Virus record (IMG/VR): IMGVR_UViG_3300047666_001531
DNA length: 64,000 nt
Strand: one strand, 5' to 3'
Source of the DNA: a virus
Taxonomy: Duplodnaviria; Heunggongvirae; Uroviricota; Caudoviricetes
The notes under the pieces are model-generated. The model was given only the letters and a program-made list of their open reading frames with translations, was not told the DNA's origin and did not search any database. Position 1 is the first letter of the stretch. Every line of letters starts with the position of its first letter. Positions 1 through 9,665 of this stretch are shown piece by piece. The translations under genes were made by a program, and so were the position numbers.

Positions 1-690
1 TCTGGTGGTGAAAACGACGAAACTTTGCGTCTACTTGATGAGCCTTGGTTCCACGTGACCGAGGGTAATCATGAAAACCTCATGAAAAAAGCGATTAAAA
101 AGCTCACGGAAAAGAATTTTAACCACGTTTCATCTTTTCTGGTTGATCGTGGTGGTATGCAGAAGATATATGATCTTGTGGATGGAATTGCCACTGATGA
201 GGTGGAAATGGAGATCAGAGATGCATTGACGAATGATGAGTTGAATTGGATAGCGAACGGCGGTGCCTGGTTTTATGATGTTTTTGATCAAAAAGGCTAT
301 GACTACCGACAACGCCAAGCAAACGCCTTGATGGCAGCTGACTTACCATTGGCAATAGAGGTCTCACATCCTCTAGGGTTGGTTGGTGTGGTTCATGCTG
401 GATTGAAAAGCAACAATTGGCGTCTTGTCGATTCTGTTGCGCGGTTTAGACCGGCTCAGTTAATGTGGATGCGTGATCATATCAATGCATTTGAAAGTGG
501 TAAAAAGAATGCTTATGAAGCAGGGTTCGTTAAAGGTGTAGATGCTTTAGTTGTTGGCCACAGTATTCCTGAACATAAATTACCGCTCGTCCTTGCCAAT
601 ACTATGTATTTAGATGTAGGTGCGAAAAGTGGTAGTGCACCCTTTATTATTGAATTGTCTGAGCTACTAAAAGCGACGTCAAAACAGTAA
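1..690 (+). CDS. Metallophosphoesterase, PphA/lambda NinI-like Ser/Thr protein phosphatase (5'-truncated by window edge)
   Basis: Frame open from base 1 (SGGENDETLRLLDEPWF); motifs GNHE, VHAG, VVGH typical of the PphA family. Confidence 0.85.
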   Translation, partial: SGGENDETLRLLDEPWFHVTEGNHENLMKKAIKKLTEKNFNHVSSFLVDRGGMQKIYDLVDGIATDEVEMEIRDALTNDELNWIANGGAWFYDVFDQKGYDYRQRQANALMAADLPLAIEVSHPLGLVGVVHAGLKSNNWRLVDSVARFRPAQLMWMRDHINAFESGKKNAYEAGFVKGVDALVVGHSIPEHKLPLVLANTMYLDVGAKSGSAPFIIELSELLKATSKQ

Positions 691-696
691 AAATGA

Positions 697-724
697 TTGA
701 CAAAACGCATCATTGAGCTATAAT
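697..724 (+). promoter_or_regulatory. sigma70 promoter
   Basis: TTGACA(697-702)-16 bp-TATAAT(719-724), upstream of AGGAG RBS and ATG 749. Confidence 0.85.
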
Positions 725-748
725 GGTATCTCACACACAGGAGATATT

Positions 749-1213
749 ATGCAATACGTTAATTTCAATCCCAAAAATGGTTTCTGGCAAAATGACATGG
801 GGTGGGTTTACTCTGATGACGAAGCCACCACGGTTCCTTTTACCTCTGAGCTTTCAACAGTCAGTAATGAAGGGCAATATGCTTGCGTTAAGAAAGGCGC
901 AATAGAACACTGCGATTTCGATGATTTTCTGTCAGACACTCTTTTTCCTTATTTAGCAATGCAAGACCCTAAGATGATCAGCGACTTCTTTCTGAAGGAG
1001 ATGGAAATTACAATGCCATCATTAGATGATGGGTTGGTTGATGCTATGTTTAATGCTTTTGCGGATGCCGACAGAAAAACAATCATTCGGTTGGTGTATA
1101 GCTATACCGATTTTATCGTCTTTAAAGATGACTGCTATGGTTTCTGGTTCACGCGCTGTCCAGAGACAATAAAAACATTGTCTGCTATCGATAACCGCCT
1201 TTACCCCGCTTAA
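749..1213 (+). CDS. Hypothetical protein
   Basis: ORF track 713..1213; ATG 749 chosen from AGGAG RBS and promoter position. Confidence 0.75.
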   Translation: MQYVNFNPKNGFWQNDMGWVYSDDEATTVPFTSELSTVSNEGQYACVKKGAIEHCDFDDFLSDTLFPYLAMQDPKMISDFFLKEMEITMPSLDDGLVDAMFNAFADADRKTIIRLVYSYTDFIVFKDDCYGFWFTRCPETIKTLSAIDNRLYPA

Positions 1214-1319
1214 CTAAAAGTCAATATGATAACCAATAGCCAGCTTTGTTGGCTATTGGTACATATGCGCTATTATAAAGTCATTAGTTTTGCTCTAGCA
1301 AACCACTCAAGGACTACAT

Positions 1320-1919
1320 ATGAACAAAATAACTCAATCACTTCTACTTGCAACCATTGTGTTGAGCGCCAGCTTTACAGTAAATGCGAAATCACCCCCG
1401 CCACCAGAAGAAGAGCTGAGAATCAAGCCACTTGACGCTCAGTTGACAGGCGAGCTTATCGGGTTGAATGTAGTAGAGTATGGTGCAGGCGAGTTGTATT
1501 TGCCTGTGATCAAATCAGAGAAGGAAATTTGCACCAGTATTATAAGTACGATGCACGCATTGACAGAAAAGCCGGAAAAGGCATCTGACTACGACTACCA
1601 GGTTGCTGTGCATTGCGATGAATTCATTAATGAAAAGGTTGAGATCAACGGCTATCCAGTCAAGAATGCTGAAGGTGAGCAAGTAACCAGAGCAAAATCA
1701 AAAGGTTTTGGACGTTCTTACCTGATAGAACTTGAAAATGGCGTAAGAATGCATTCTGTTAAGTTTACATCCGGTACATTGAAAGTATGGCCAAAGGAAA
1801 TGTATTTAAGTTGGATGGACAAAAACTCTGAAGATGTATTGGAACGACTGGAAAACAAGAAGAAGGCGATGGAACGTCGTGAAGCAAAACGCCAAGAAAG
1901 GCAAAAAAGTAAAAAATAA
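1320..1919 (+). CDS. Hypothetical secreted protein
   Basis: 199 aa ORF, N-terminal signal peptide (ends VNA), AGGA RBS, basic C-tail. Confidence 0.75.
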   Translation: MNKITQSLLLATIVLSASFTVNAKSPPPPEEELRIKPLDAQLTGELIGLNVVEYGAGELYLPVIKSEKEICTSIISTMHALTEKPEKASDYDYQVAVHCDEFINEKVEINGYPVKNAEGEQVTRAKSKGFGRSYLIELENGVRMHSVKFTSGTLKVWPKEMYLSWMDKNSEDVLERLENKKKAMERREAKRQERQKSKK

Positions 1920-1933
1920 AAGCTAAAATAAAC

Positions 1934-1960
1934 AAAAGCCACAAGAAAGTGGCTTTTTTT
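1934..1960 (+). terminator. Intrinsic terminator
   Basis: AAAAGCCAC-AAGAAA-GTGGCTTTT plus T-run. Confidence 0.85.
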
Positions 1961-2360
1961 ATGCGTTATATATCTGATTGCAAGGTGTTTTGGAAAAAAC
2001 AGCCAAAACCATCATGATCAAAAAATCACCACTTATTCACTTATGTGATTAAAAATTCACTTAGACTGAATAACTAACACTTAACTATATGCTTAGTAAT
2101 CTAAAAAGCATAAAACAAGTTTTTTTTGAAAATAAAAAAATAAAATAAATCTATAAAAAACAATCAGATAACTGGTTGCCCACGAAGATAATTGTAAATA
2201 CGGTCATTTAGGTTCATTTGTGAACTGTTACGATGATTTGTGTGCCGTATAATTCGTTTCGTTAGCCGCAAAGCAGAAATGAAATTTTAAAGAAATCGTG
2301 GTTGTTATATTTTTTTGAAGTTTTATTTTCACTTGACGGAAAAAACAAAAATTGCGCTAT

Positions 2361-3418
2361 CATATGGATATGTTTGAAATGCAGGAAGCATTAATCACTT
2401 GGGTCACTAAGTGAAGCGTTTAAAACCAAAGCACAATATAACACGAGTAGGACTTACTCGTCACCTTTTGCACTCAGGATGAGTGCTATCGAATGGATTC
2501 GATACGACATAAATGGATTATGTCACAAGGAAATGTCAAATGGATTGGCATAAACCAACATAAAATGGATTTATCGCAGAACGGATATTGCGATGCTCAA
2601 GGATGGTAATGTTGGTTAAGGTTGGCATGAGGCCGGCTGTAATGGTCACCATGGAGGTGAATTCGGCAAGAAGCCGTTGATTTGTCATTATGATAAACCA
2701 TTACACAACATCAGCATGATGCAGATGTAGAAGCAAGAGCAAGATGCTCAAATCACATGATGTGATTGTCGCCATGGAGGCGTTTGCGGGTCGAGGCTTT
2801 CATGGAGAAGGTTTATGTAATAGAGCAGGGACGCTCGCCCTTACACGATGTATGGGTTCCTAGGCTGGGATTATTACAAAAATGGAGATACAAGCATGAT
2901 GCGACGTATCGAACCATTGGGCAGGACGCCTATATTGCATGATGCAGTATCGTCAGGAGACGAAATGGTTTCAGGGGTTGTTGCCAAGGAGGCGATTTCT
3001 GCAAGGATGCAGTCAACCAACATCTGCATGATGCGGATGGCGTACAGACCATTGATAGGTCAATCAACATGATGTTGTGGTCGCTAAGATGGCGAGTGTA
3101 CGCAGTAAGTGAGGCAAGGAGCCATTACGCTAAGGATAGCGTCACTTACGTCTAATTTAACGCAGCATCCAAGGATGGTTGTTGAGGGAGTTTAAAAAGG
3201 ACAAGGCAGCGATAGGATTCGCGTTTAATTATCATAGATGATAAGCCACCTACACAAGCAAGAAGCCTGTGTTGTATGACGGTCAAGGATGTTGCGCTTA
3301 ATGGATTAAGCGATCGTAATGGGATTCGAACGTCATACGAGTAAAGCTATGTGCCACACAAGTCACAAGTTAATCTAAGCTAAACGAGATAGGCACGTCT
3401 TTAGGCGTGCCTGTTTTT
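2361..3418 (+). ncRNA. CsrB/RsmB-like CsrA-sequestering RNA, unusually long (~1.05 kb)
   Basis: About 30 GGA trinucleotides, most in loops of short hairpins (e.g. GCACTC-AGGAT-GAGTGC 2470, TCACC-ATGGA-GGTGA 2646, ACGCT-AAGGAT-AGCGT 3127, CGCTTA-ATGGAT-TAAGCG 3296); no credible long ORF; candidate promoter TTGACG(2333)-19-TATCAT(2358); terminator at 3389-3418. 5' end approximate. Confidence 0.85.
3389..3418 (+). terminator. Intrinsic terminator of the CsrB-like RNA
   Basis: ATAGGCACGTC-TTTA-GGCGTGCCTGT then TTTT. Confidence 0.85.
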
Positions 3419-3435
3419 AATTCAGGATCCAGTTT

Positions 3436-3897
3436 ATGACCCAAAACACTCAAAATTCAAAAGAAAATTCATTGCCGCCTGTTGAAAACCATATTCTAAA
3501 AATGCTTTTAGGCCACACCCAACGCAGTTTGTCTGAAATTCGCAGTGGTGTTAATGAAAATAAAATTACGACATATAGCTACAATGAAATCAAAATGAAA
3601 ATATTTTCGTTGATTGAAAAAGGTTATGTTTTATATGGTGATAGAAGAACGCGTTTTAGTATAACGGACAAAGGCAAGGCTGTTGTTAGTGCTGAAAAGA
3701 TTATTGCTCACAGCAGTGATAACGAGATAATAAATGCGATCAACTCACTTAAAAGTAAAGTTTCCGTACCTGTGAAGCCAGTAGTGAGATCGCTAGAAGA
3801 TAAAGTGAGTACTCTTAAAACTGTGTCTGGTATTGCTGGTATGCCAAGCGACATCTCTCTTTTGTTAGAAGAGATATCGAAGGACATATCAGTTTAA
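3436..3897 (+). CDS. Hypothetical protein, possible winged-helix DNA-binding N-terminus
   Basis: 153 aa; helix pattern then LIEKGYVLY...RFSITDKGK, typical of a wHTH wing. Confidence 0.55.
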   Translation: MTQNTQNSKENSLPPVENHILKMLLGHTQRSLSEIRSGVNENKITTYSYNEIKMKIFSLIEKGYVLYGDRRTRFSITDKGKAVVSAEKIIAHSSDNEIINAINSLKSKVSVPVKPVVRSLEDKVSTLKTVSGIAGMPSDISLLLEEISKDISV

Positions 3898-4236
3898 TTA
3901 AATTCTTATATCGTTCAGGTTAATGCTATCAAATGCTGATTGATTGTCTTTGATAGCCATAGCCATTCTTTCTAGATAATCAGCCAATTTAAGTGCTGCC
4001 TCGCTTGCAGTAGCCTGATGCGGAAACTCTTTGTCATTTTCAATATCAATATCCAGAGATGCTTTCCATCCACGATGCTCATATTTTAAAACAGATATAG
4101 GAAGTTCAAGCGACACGCCAGATTTTGAGTGCAACCCTATAAATGTAGCTTTAAGCCCTGGCTTACAGAACGCTTCATGTCTATCACCGGTTCTTTCAAG
4201 AAGTTCCAGCTTATTTATTGTTATTAAAGTTGTCAT
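3898..4236 (-). CDS. Hypothetical protein
   Basis: 112 aa ORF, follows 4245..4544 as a likely operon. Confidence 0.65.
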   Translation of the reverse strand: MTTLITINKLELLERTGDRHEAFCKPGLKATFIGLHSKSGVSLELPISVLKYEHRGWKASLDIDIENDKEFPHQATASEAALKLADYLERMAMAIKDNQSAFDSINLNDIRI

Positions 4237-4244
4237 GGCGCTTC

Positions 4245-4544
4245 CTAAGGGAATAATTGATTTATGACAGAGCTAATCTCATCTTTGCTCACATCATTAG
4301 TGCTTAATGAGTACGAAGCTAAGTGTTCTTCTGCATCCGTATCCATGTCATCTATCTTCTGAGCAAGCAAGTCAAGTGCTGCTCTTACAATGCGATCTCT
4401 TTTAGGATTGTCATGCAATGTGTTCGTCTGAGTTACGGTAACACCTTCTTCACCGTTCAGTGAGTCAGTGACGATACGATCAATATCGTAAATTGTTTTG
4501 CCTTTCATTGAAATTTTTGCGGTTAAAACGTAATTATCTTTCAT
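4245..4544 (-). CDS. Hypothetical protein
   Basis: 99 aa ORF with GGGA RBS. Confidence 0.65.
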   Translation of the reverse strand: MKDNYVLTAKISMKGKTIYDIDRIVTDSLNGEEGVTVTQTNTLHDNPKRDRIVRAALDLLAQKIDDMDTDAEEHLASYSLSTNDVSKDEISSVINQLFP

Positions 4545-4673
4545 ACCAAATCCCTTTTGTAAATATGCCCTAATTCTAACACAAATGATGCTTTCGCCAA
4601 GGTTATTTGTTTAATTAATTACCCAAAACCAGACAGAAAACAAACAATAAAGTAAATAAATTAATAAAAAGGG

Positions 4674-4701
4674 TTGACAAAGATTGTCATTATGATAAAG
4701 T
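4674..4701 (+). promoter_or_regulatory. sigma70 promoter with palindromic operator in the spacer
   Basis: TTGACA(4674)-N4-TTGTCATTATGATAA(4684-4698); extended -10 TG-A-TAAAGT. Confidence 0.75.
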
Positions 4702-4764
4702 TAACTCATCGAAACGAAATAACTTTTAAACCCTAAATGAAAATCATGTCACAGGAGACATACT

Positions 4765-5055
4765 ATGCGTAAAACTTTAATTTTAAGTACGATCTTAGCA
4801 ACATTATCTTTATCTTTATTTGCATCAGCCCAAGCACAAGCAGCTCCCGAGTCGAAAGACGGTTGGATTACTATGTCTAGTGCCGAACGATGTGTTCATA
4901 AAAACCGTGTCACGCCTATGTACAGCTTGAATGGTGAAATGCGTAAAACACAGTGCTTCACATTACAATCGAAAAAAGATGCCACCGGTAAACGCGTATA
5001 TCAAAATGTAAGCCGTGATGGTTCGGTTACCATCAAAGGTAAGCGACTAGCATAA
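4765..5055 (+). CDS. Small secreted hypothetical protein
   Basis: 96 aa, signal peptide ending AQA, AGGAG RBS, two Cys. Confidence 0.75.
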   Translation: MRKTLILSTILATLSLSLFASAQAQAAPESKDGWITMSSAERCVHKNRVTPMYSLNGEMRKTQCFTLQSKKDATGKRVYQNVSRDGSVTIKGKRLA

Positions 5056-5287
5056 CCCCGATAACTCCGTAAAGCCCCCAAAAATAGACTGCATAATTGT
5101 GGTCTATTTTGCTTTAAGATGATAAAAACGTTCATAATTGACTTAGCACTTTTATTTTGATAACTTTATCGTGATAAAATAAAGCTGTTTAAACAGTTAA
5201 ACAAAACAACGGCTTTGGTAAAAAAGGATAGGGCAACCTTCCTACGTTTACTTGGCTTGATCAAAAACACTACATGGGAATACTAGT

Positions 5288-8200
5288 ATGTTAAATGGAA
5301 AATTTAATAAAATTGCATTATCTGTAATTTTGGCTATCGGGGTCTCCTCGGCAGCGATGGCAAATGAAACATCTTCTTCACTTCGAGGAAAGGTGCAATC
5401 AACAACAGGAGCGCCTGTAAAAGATGCGGTTGTTGTAATTGAACACACGCCAACAGGCACAAAACGAACTGTTAAACTTGATGCTAGTGGTTCGTTTTCA
5501 GCCAGAGGTCTCCGTGTAGGTGGACCTTATTTAGTGACTGTTGACTCTGACGAATTTGCCGATCAAAAAACTGAACTGTTTTTATCTTTAGGTGAAACCT
5601 CTCAGTTAAACTTTTCGCTACAACCAGATAATGTTGAGCGCATTACCGTTACAGGTAGTAATCGTCACAATATTGTTTTTGGTGATAAAAATGGTATTGG
5701 TAGTACTTACAATGAAACCGACATTGCACGTTCGCCGATGTTTGACCGCGACCTGAAAGATATCATTCGACAAAACCCGTTAGTAAATATTTCTGATAGT
5801 GATGATGGTGAAATGAGTGTTGGTGGTACTAATCCGCGATTTAACAGCATTTCTATTGATGGTGTTAAGCAGAACGATGATTTTGGTTTAAATGGCAACG
5901 GTTATCCAACCAGCGGCTCACCAATCTCTATGTTATCAATTGAACAAGTTTCAGTTGATGTTACCCCGTTCAACACACAAGCTTCAGGTTTTACCGGCGC
6001 TTCTGTTAATGCTGTAACTAAATCAGGTCGAAATGAGTTGTTTGGCGAAATGTTTTATGAATATGCTTCAGACTCTATGGCCGGCACTCCGAAAAATGAA
6101 GATGGTGAAGATATTGCACTTGATTTTGAACGTTCAACTTTTGGTGGTGCGTTAGGTGGCAAAATCATTGAAGATACATTGTTCTTCTTTGTGAGTTACG
6201 AAGAGTCTAAAAATCCGTTTGTTAATGTTTTCGGACCACAAGGCGTGGGCGCATCGAACGAAAAAGACTGGTTAGATCTTGATACTGTTGCCGAAATTCA
6301 GCGTATTTCAAGTGAAGTGTATGGTGTAGATGTTGGTGGCTTAGCAAATGGCCTGTCTAATGACAGTGAAAAATCAATCATTAAGCTTGATTGGAATATC
6401 AACGATGATCATCGTGCGGCATTGACCTATCAATTAACCGAAGATAACTCGATTAACCCTCAAAACGTTAGTCGTAGCAATAATTTCGCGTTAACAAGTA
6501 ACTGGTACAATGTTGATGCAAAAGTTGAGTCATTGGCGCTGCAAGTCTACTCGTTTTGGGGTGATGATTTAACGACTCAATTTAGCATGTCGAAAAAAGA
6601 CGTTGTGAATTCAGCGGTATCTTTTTCAGACAGCTTAAATGAGCAAAACTTAGGTCAAGCATGTATTCGTATTAATCCGACAAATGAATCGTGTAGTCGA
6701 GCTGAATCGGTGTTTGTAGGTGCGGATCCGTTCCGTCATGCAAATGATTTGGAAAACGAAACATTTGCCGTAGATTTCACGGGTGAACTTACACTTAATG
6801 ACGATCACACCTTGTCATTTGGTCTTGGTGTGGAAGAAATTGATATTTTCAACCAATTCGTGCCGTTTTCTCGTGGTACATGGGATTTTGACTCAATAGA
6901 AGATTTCGAAAACCGAAATGCCTCAAGCGTATCTTACTCTGATGCTTACACCGGCGTATCATCTGATGCTGGTTCGACTTTTAGCATTCAAAACAACCAT
7001 TTGTACATTGAAGATAAGTGGGACATCAATGATGACCTGTGGGTTAATTTTGGTGCTCGATACGAAGCGATATCTACAACAGGTGAAATTCGCCCTAATG
7101 CTACGTTTACTGAACTATATGGCAAAACAAACACAACAAGTTTAAGTGGCAAGTCTATTTTCTTACCTCGCATTGGTTTTAATTGGTCTGCGGCAGAAAA
7201 TCTTACATTGAGCGGTGGTGTTGGTCGTTACTACGGTGGTACACCGAACGTTTGGATTTCGAACTCTTACTCAAATGACGGTTTGATCAATGTTCGTGGT
7301 GATGTTGATGGTGTTGATTTAACAAATGCTGACTTCACAACCAAGCCGGTTGGTGCAACTTTAACCTCAGGTGATGGTGATACTAACTCTATTGCGAGTA
7401 ACTTTCAGTTACCAAGCGAGTGGCGTTATGGTATTACGGCAAATTACACCGCTGACTTAGGTGAGTTTTTAGGTGACAAATGGGATCTAGAAGCAAGCTA
7501 CCAGTATGTTAAAGAAAAAGATCCGGTTCAATGGCGCGAGTTATATCGTGAAACACAAGATATTGCTGTTGCTCCTGATGGACGAAATATCTATGTAGGT
7601 GTTCCAGCGTACAGTCGTGATCGTTTTGACCTTGAGTTGACCAATGGTGATAAAGGTGGTGTTCGTAAGACATTTACCCTTGCAGCATCTAAAAACTTTG
7701 AAAATGGTGTTTACCTGAATATGTCGTATGCTAACCAAGATGCGTCGAACCTTGTTCCTGGTACAAGCAGTACAGCTAACTCTAACTTTGAAAAATACCA
7801 AGTTGCAGATCGCAACAATCCTGATATTGGCCGAAGTCGCTATGAAGTTGAACATAGCTTTAAGTTTAATGTTTCATACACCAAAGAGTTCTTTGAAGGT
7901 TACGCTTCAACGTTTACTTTGCAAGGTGAAAGAAGCTCTGGTCGTCCTTACAGCTGGGTATACGCAGATGGTTATGACACCTTCGGAAGTCAGAAAAAGT
8001 TCGATGATGGTGCGTTTTTACCATATATACCAACCGGTGCTGATGATCCAAACGTGAGCTATGGTGAAGGTTATAGTTACGACCAGTTATCTGCTGTATT
8101 AAGTGAAAGTGGCCTTGATCGTTATGCTGGTGGTATTGTACCACGCAACACGGCAGATGGACCTTGGAACTCACGATTGGACTTCTTCTTTAGCCAAGAA

Positions 8201-8455
8201 ATCAAAGGCTTTAGCGAAGATCATCGCGGTATGTTCTACGTGTCAGTCAAGAACGTTTTGAACTTGATTGATAGTAGTGCTGGTAAGATTGAAGCAACTA
8301 ACTTCTTTAACAGTCGTGATTTAGTTCAAGCTGACTATGATGAGTTGACTAACACTTATGTCTACAATGAAGGTTTTAGTGATGATGCTCCTACTTATCT
8401 AGATGCTGAGCGTTCAGCATGGCGATTAAAAGTTGGTATCAACTACAAGTTCTAG
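5288..8455 (+). CDS. TonB-dependent receptor with N-terminal carboxypeptidase-regulatory-like domain (Oar-like)
   Basis: 1055 aa; signal peptide; SSSLRGKV...LRVGGPY N-domain; ERITVTG TonB-box region; plug motif NSISIDGV...NDDFGL; C-terminal INYKF. Confidence 0.9.
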   Translation: MLNGKFNKIALSVILAIGVSSAAMANETSSSLRGKVQSTTGAPVKDAVVVIEHTPTGTKRTVKLDASGSFSARGLRVGGPYLVTVDSDEFADQKTELFLSLGETSQLNFSLQPDNVERITVTGSNRHNIVFGDKNGIGSTYNETDIARSPMFDRDLKDIIRQNPLVNISDSDDGEMSVGGTNPRFNSISIDGVKQNDDFGLNGNGYPTSGSPISMLSIEQVSVDVTPFNTQASGFTGASVNAVTKSGRNELFGEMFYEYASDSMAGTPKNEDGEDIALDFERSTFGGALGGKIIEDTLFFFVSYEESKNPFVNVFGPQGVGASNEKDWLDLDTVAEIQRISSEVYGVDVGGLANGLSNDSEKSIIKLDWNINDDHRAALTYQLTEDNSINPQNVSRSNNFALTSNWYNVDAKVESLALQVYSFWGDDLTTQFSMSKKDVVNSAVSFSDSLNEQNLGQACIRINPTNESCSRAESVFVGADPFRHANDLENETFAVDFTGELTLNDDHTLSFGLGVEEIDIFNQFVPFSRGTWDFDSIEDFENRNASSVSYSDAYTGVSSDAGSTFSIQNNHLYIEDKWDINDDLWVNFGARYEAISTTGEIRPNATFTELYGKTNTTSLSGKSIFLPRIGFNWSAAENLTLSGGVGRYYGGTPNVWISNSYSNDGLINVRGDVDGVDLTNADFTTKPVGATLTSGDGDTNSIASNFQLPSEWRYGITANYTADLGEFLGDKWDLEASYQYVKEKDPVQWRELYRETQDIAVAPDGRNIYVGVPAYSRDRFDLELTNGDKGGVRKTFTLAASKNFENGVYLNMSYANQDASNLVPGTSSTANSNFEKYQVADRNNPDIGRSRYEVEHSFKFNVSYTKEFFEGYASTFTLQGERSSGRPYSWVYADGYDTFGSQKKFDDGAFLPYIPTGADDPNVSYGEGYSYDQLSAVLSESGLDRYAGGIVPRNTADGPWNSRLDFFFSQEIKGFSEDHRGMFYVSVKNVLNLIDSSAGKIEATNFFNSRDLVQADYDELTNTYVYNEGFSDDAPTYLDAERSAWRLKVGINYKF

Positions 8456-8475
8456 CATATTGTGGTAACCAAACA

Positions 8476-8500
8476 AAAAGGGCGCTAAAGCGCCCTTTTT
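8476..8500. terminator. Bidirectional intrinsic terminator
   Basis: AAAAAGGGCGC-TAAA-GCGCCCTTTTT between convergent genes. Confidence 0.9.
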
Positions 8501-8532
8501 TAATATCTGTTGTTACCTATCAAACAAGGTAA

Positions 8533-9033
8533 TTAAACAGCAACCTGTTGCTCTTGTTCGCTTACGCCGGTTGTTTTACCAGCGACAATCCAAGCAACAA
8601 CCTTTTCAAATAAGACAGAACCATCATCGTCTTGAAGAAAGATATCTCTAACAACAAGGCTTGGTGTTGATAATACTTTGTTGTCTTTGTTGTATGAAAT
8701 GTATATTTTGGTGAATGGGTTTTTCTTTTTGTTTGAGCCGGCCTTGTTTATTGCTTTGATGTCTTCTCGTTTAACAACGAGCTTTTTTTTGCGAAAGAGT
8801 GTGAATGCTGAGACTTTTTCGATGCATAGCAGCTCGCTATTAGTGTCGATAGTCGTTGTCACTGATTCTGATGAGATCAAGCAGATAAAGGCAGATGCTA
8901 AAGAGATGGTGTATTCTGTTATCGATAATAAATTTGAAGTTATACCCATGAAAGCTGTCATGAGAAGAATGGCTATGCCAAGAATTGCTGTGATTTTTGT
9001 TTGTGATGTGTACTGAAATAGAGTGTCACTCAT
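8533..9033 (-). CDS. Hypothetical membrane protein (2 TM plus soluble domain)
   Basis: 166 aa, two N-terminal hydrophobic segments. Confidence 0.7.
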   Translation of the reverse strand: MSDTLFQYTSQTKITAILGIAILLMTAFMGITSNLLSITEYTISLASAFICLISSESVTTTIDTNSELLCIEKVSAFTLFRKKKLVVKREDIKAINKAGSNKKKNPFTKIYISYNKDNKVLSTPSLVVRDIFLQDDDGSVLFEKVVAWIVAGKTTGVSEQEQQVAV

Positions 9034-9082
9034 ATTGAAATCCTTTTCAAAAGTTATGACACTAGATTAACACAGTTGGAGT

Positions 9083-9625
9083 TTAAATAGCAGCTAAGTT
9101 ACGTTTAACCTTAGTTTCAAATGAAGATTTGTTCTCAGCAAGCACTTCCTGAATAGCATCTAAAGCATAGTGACTGCCTTTAAGCTTTATTTCCTCTGGC
9201 ATGTCGAGAAAGTCTACTAGGATGGTTAGGTTACTCTCTGAGATTTTAAGTTTTTGCGAATGCCTGTTTACATCTCTTAGCGTGTAAAGGTTATTCAATA
9301 AATGTGGGTGACTTAGTTTGTTTTTAAGCGCTGCCACGTCGCTACCACTGACTCTATCTGGAAACGCATACCCCATAACTCTAGCCCAAAGCCAGCAGTT
9401 AATACTTTCTACGTCAGCACTATCCATAACAGCGGCCTTGTTGTCGCTGAAAGTATAACTGTTGAAGTAAGCCCAGGTATGCGTTGTGTCACTAAAGATT
9501 TCGATTATATTGCTTGCGGGTAGTTCTACGCCTATTTTAATCTTTATATAATTTTGCAAAAGCAATGTTACGTGCTCAGGTGCATCTTTAAGATACATTT
9601 CTTTATTTAAACATTGTTTTGTCAT
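9083..9625 (-). CDS. Hypothetical protein
   Basis: 180 aa ORF, AGAAGGT RBS. Confidence 0.7.
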   Translation of the reverse strand: MTKQCLNKEMYLKDAPEHVTLLLQNYIKIKIGVELPASNIIEIFSDTTHTWAYFNSYTFSDNKAAVMDSADVESINCWLWARVMGYAFPDRVSGSDVAALKNKLSHPHLLNNLYTLRDVNRHSQKLKISESNLTILVDFLDMPEEIKLKGSHYALDAIQEVLAENKSSFETKVKRNLAAI

Positions 9626-9665
9626 TATGTGACCTTCTTGCTTGTAATTGTTTTATGTTCGATTG

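Noticed and set aside
2190-2260. GacA/UvrY box upstream of the CsrB-like RNA (TGTAAATACGG..., TGTGAACTGTTAC)
   Set aside because: Neither forms the expected TGT(A/G)AG-N6-CTTACA-type palindrome
2848-3072. 74-aa ORF inside the GGA-hairpin region
   Set aside because: No RBS, low-complexity Met-rich translation produced by ATGGA/ATGAT loops; hairpins continue on both sides
2361-3418. CRISPR array or toxin-antitoxin type III repeat array interpretation
   Set aside because: No constant-length direct repeats or spacers; only loop motifs recur; no cas or toxN-like gene recognised
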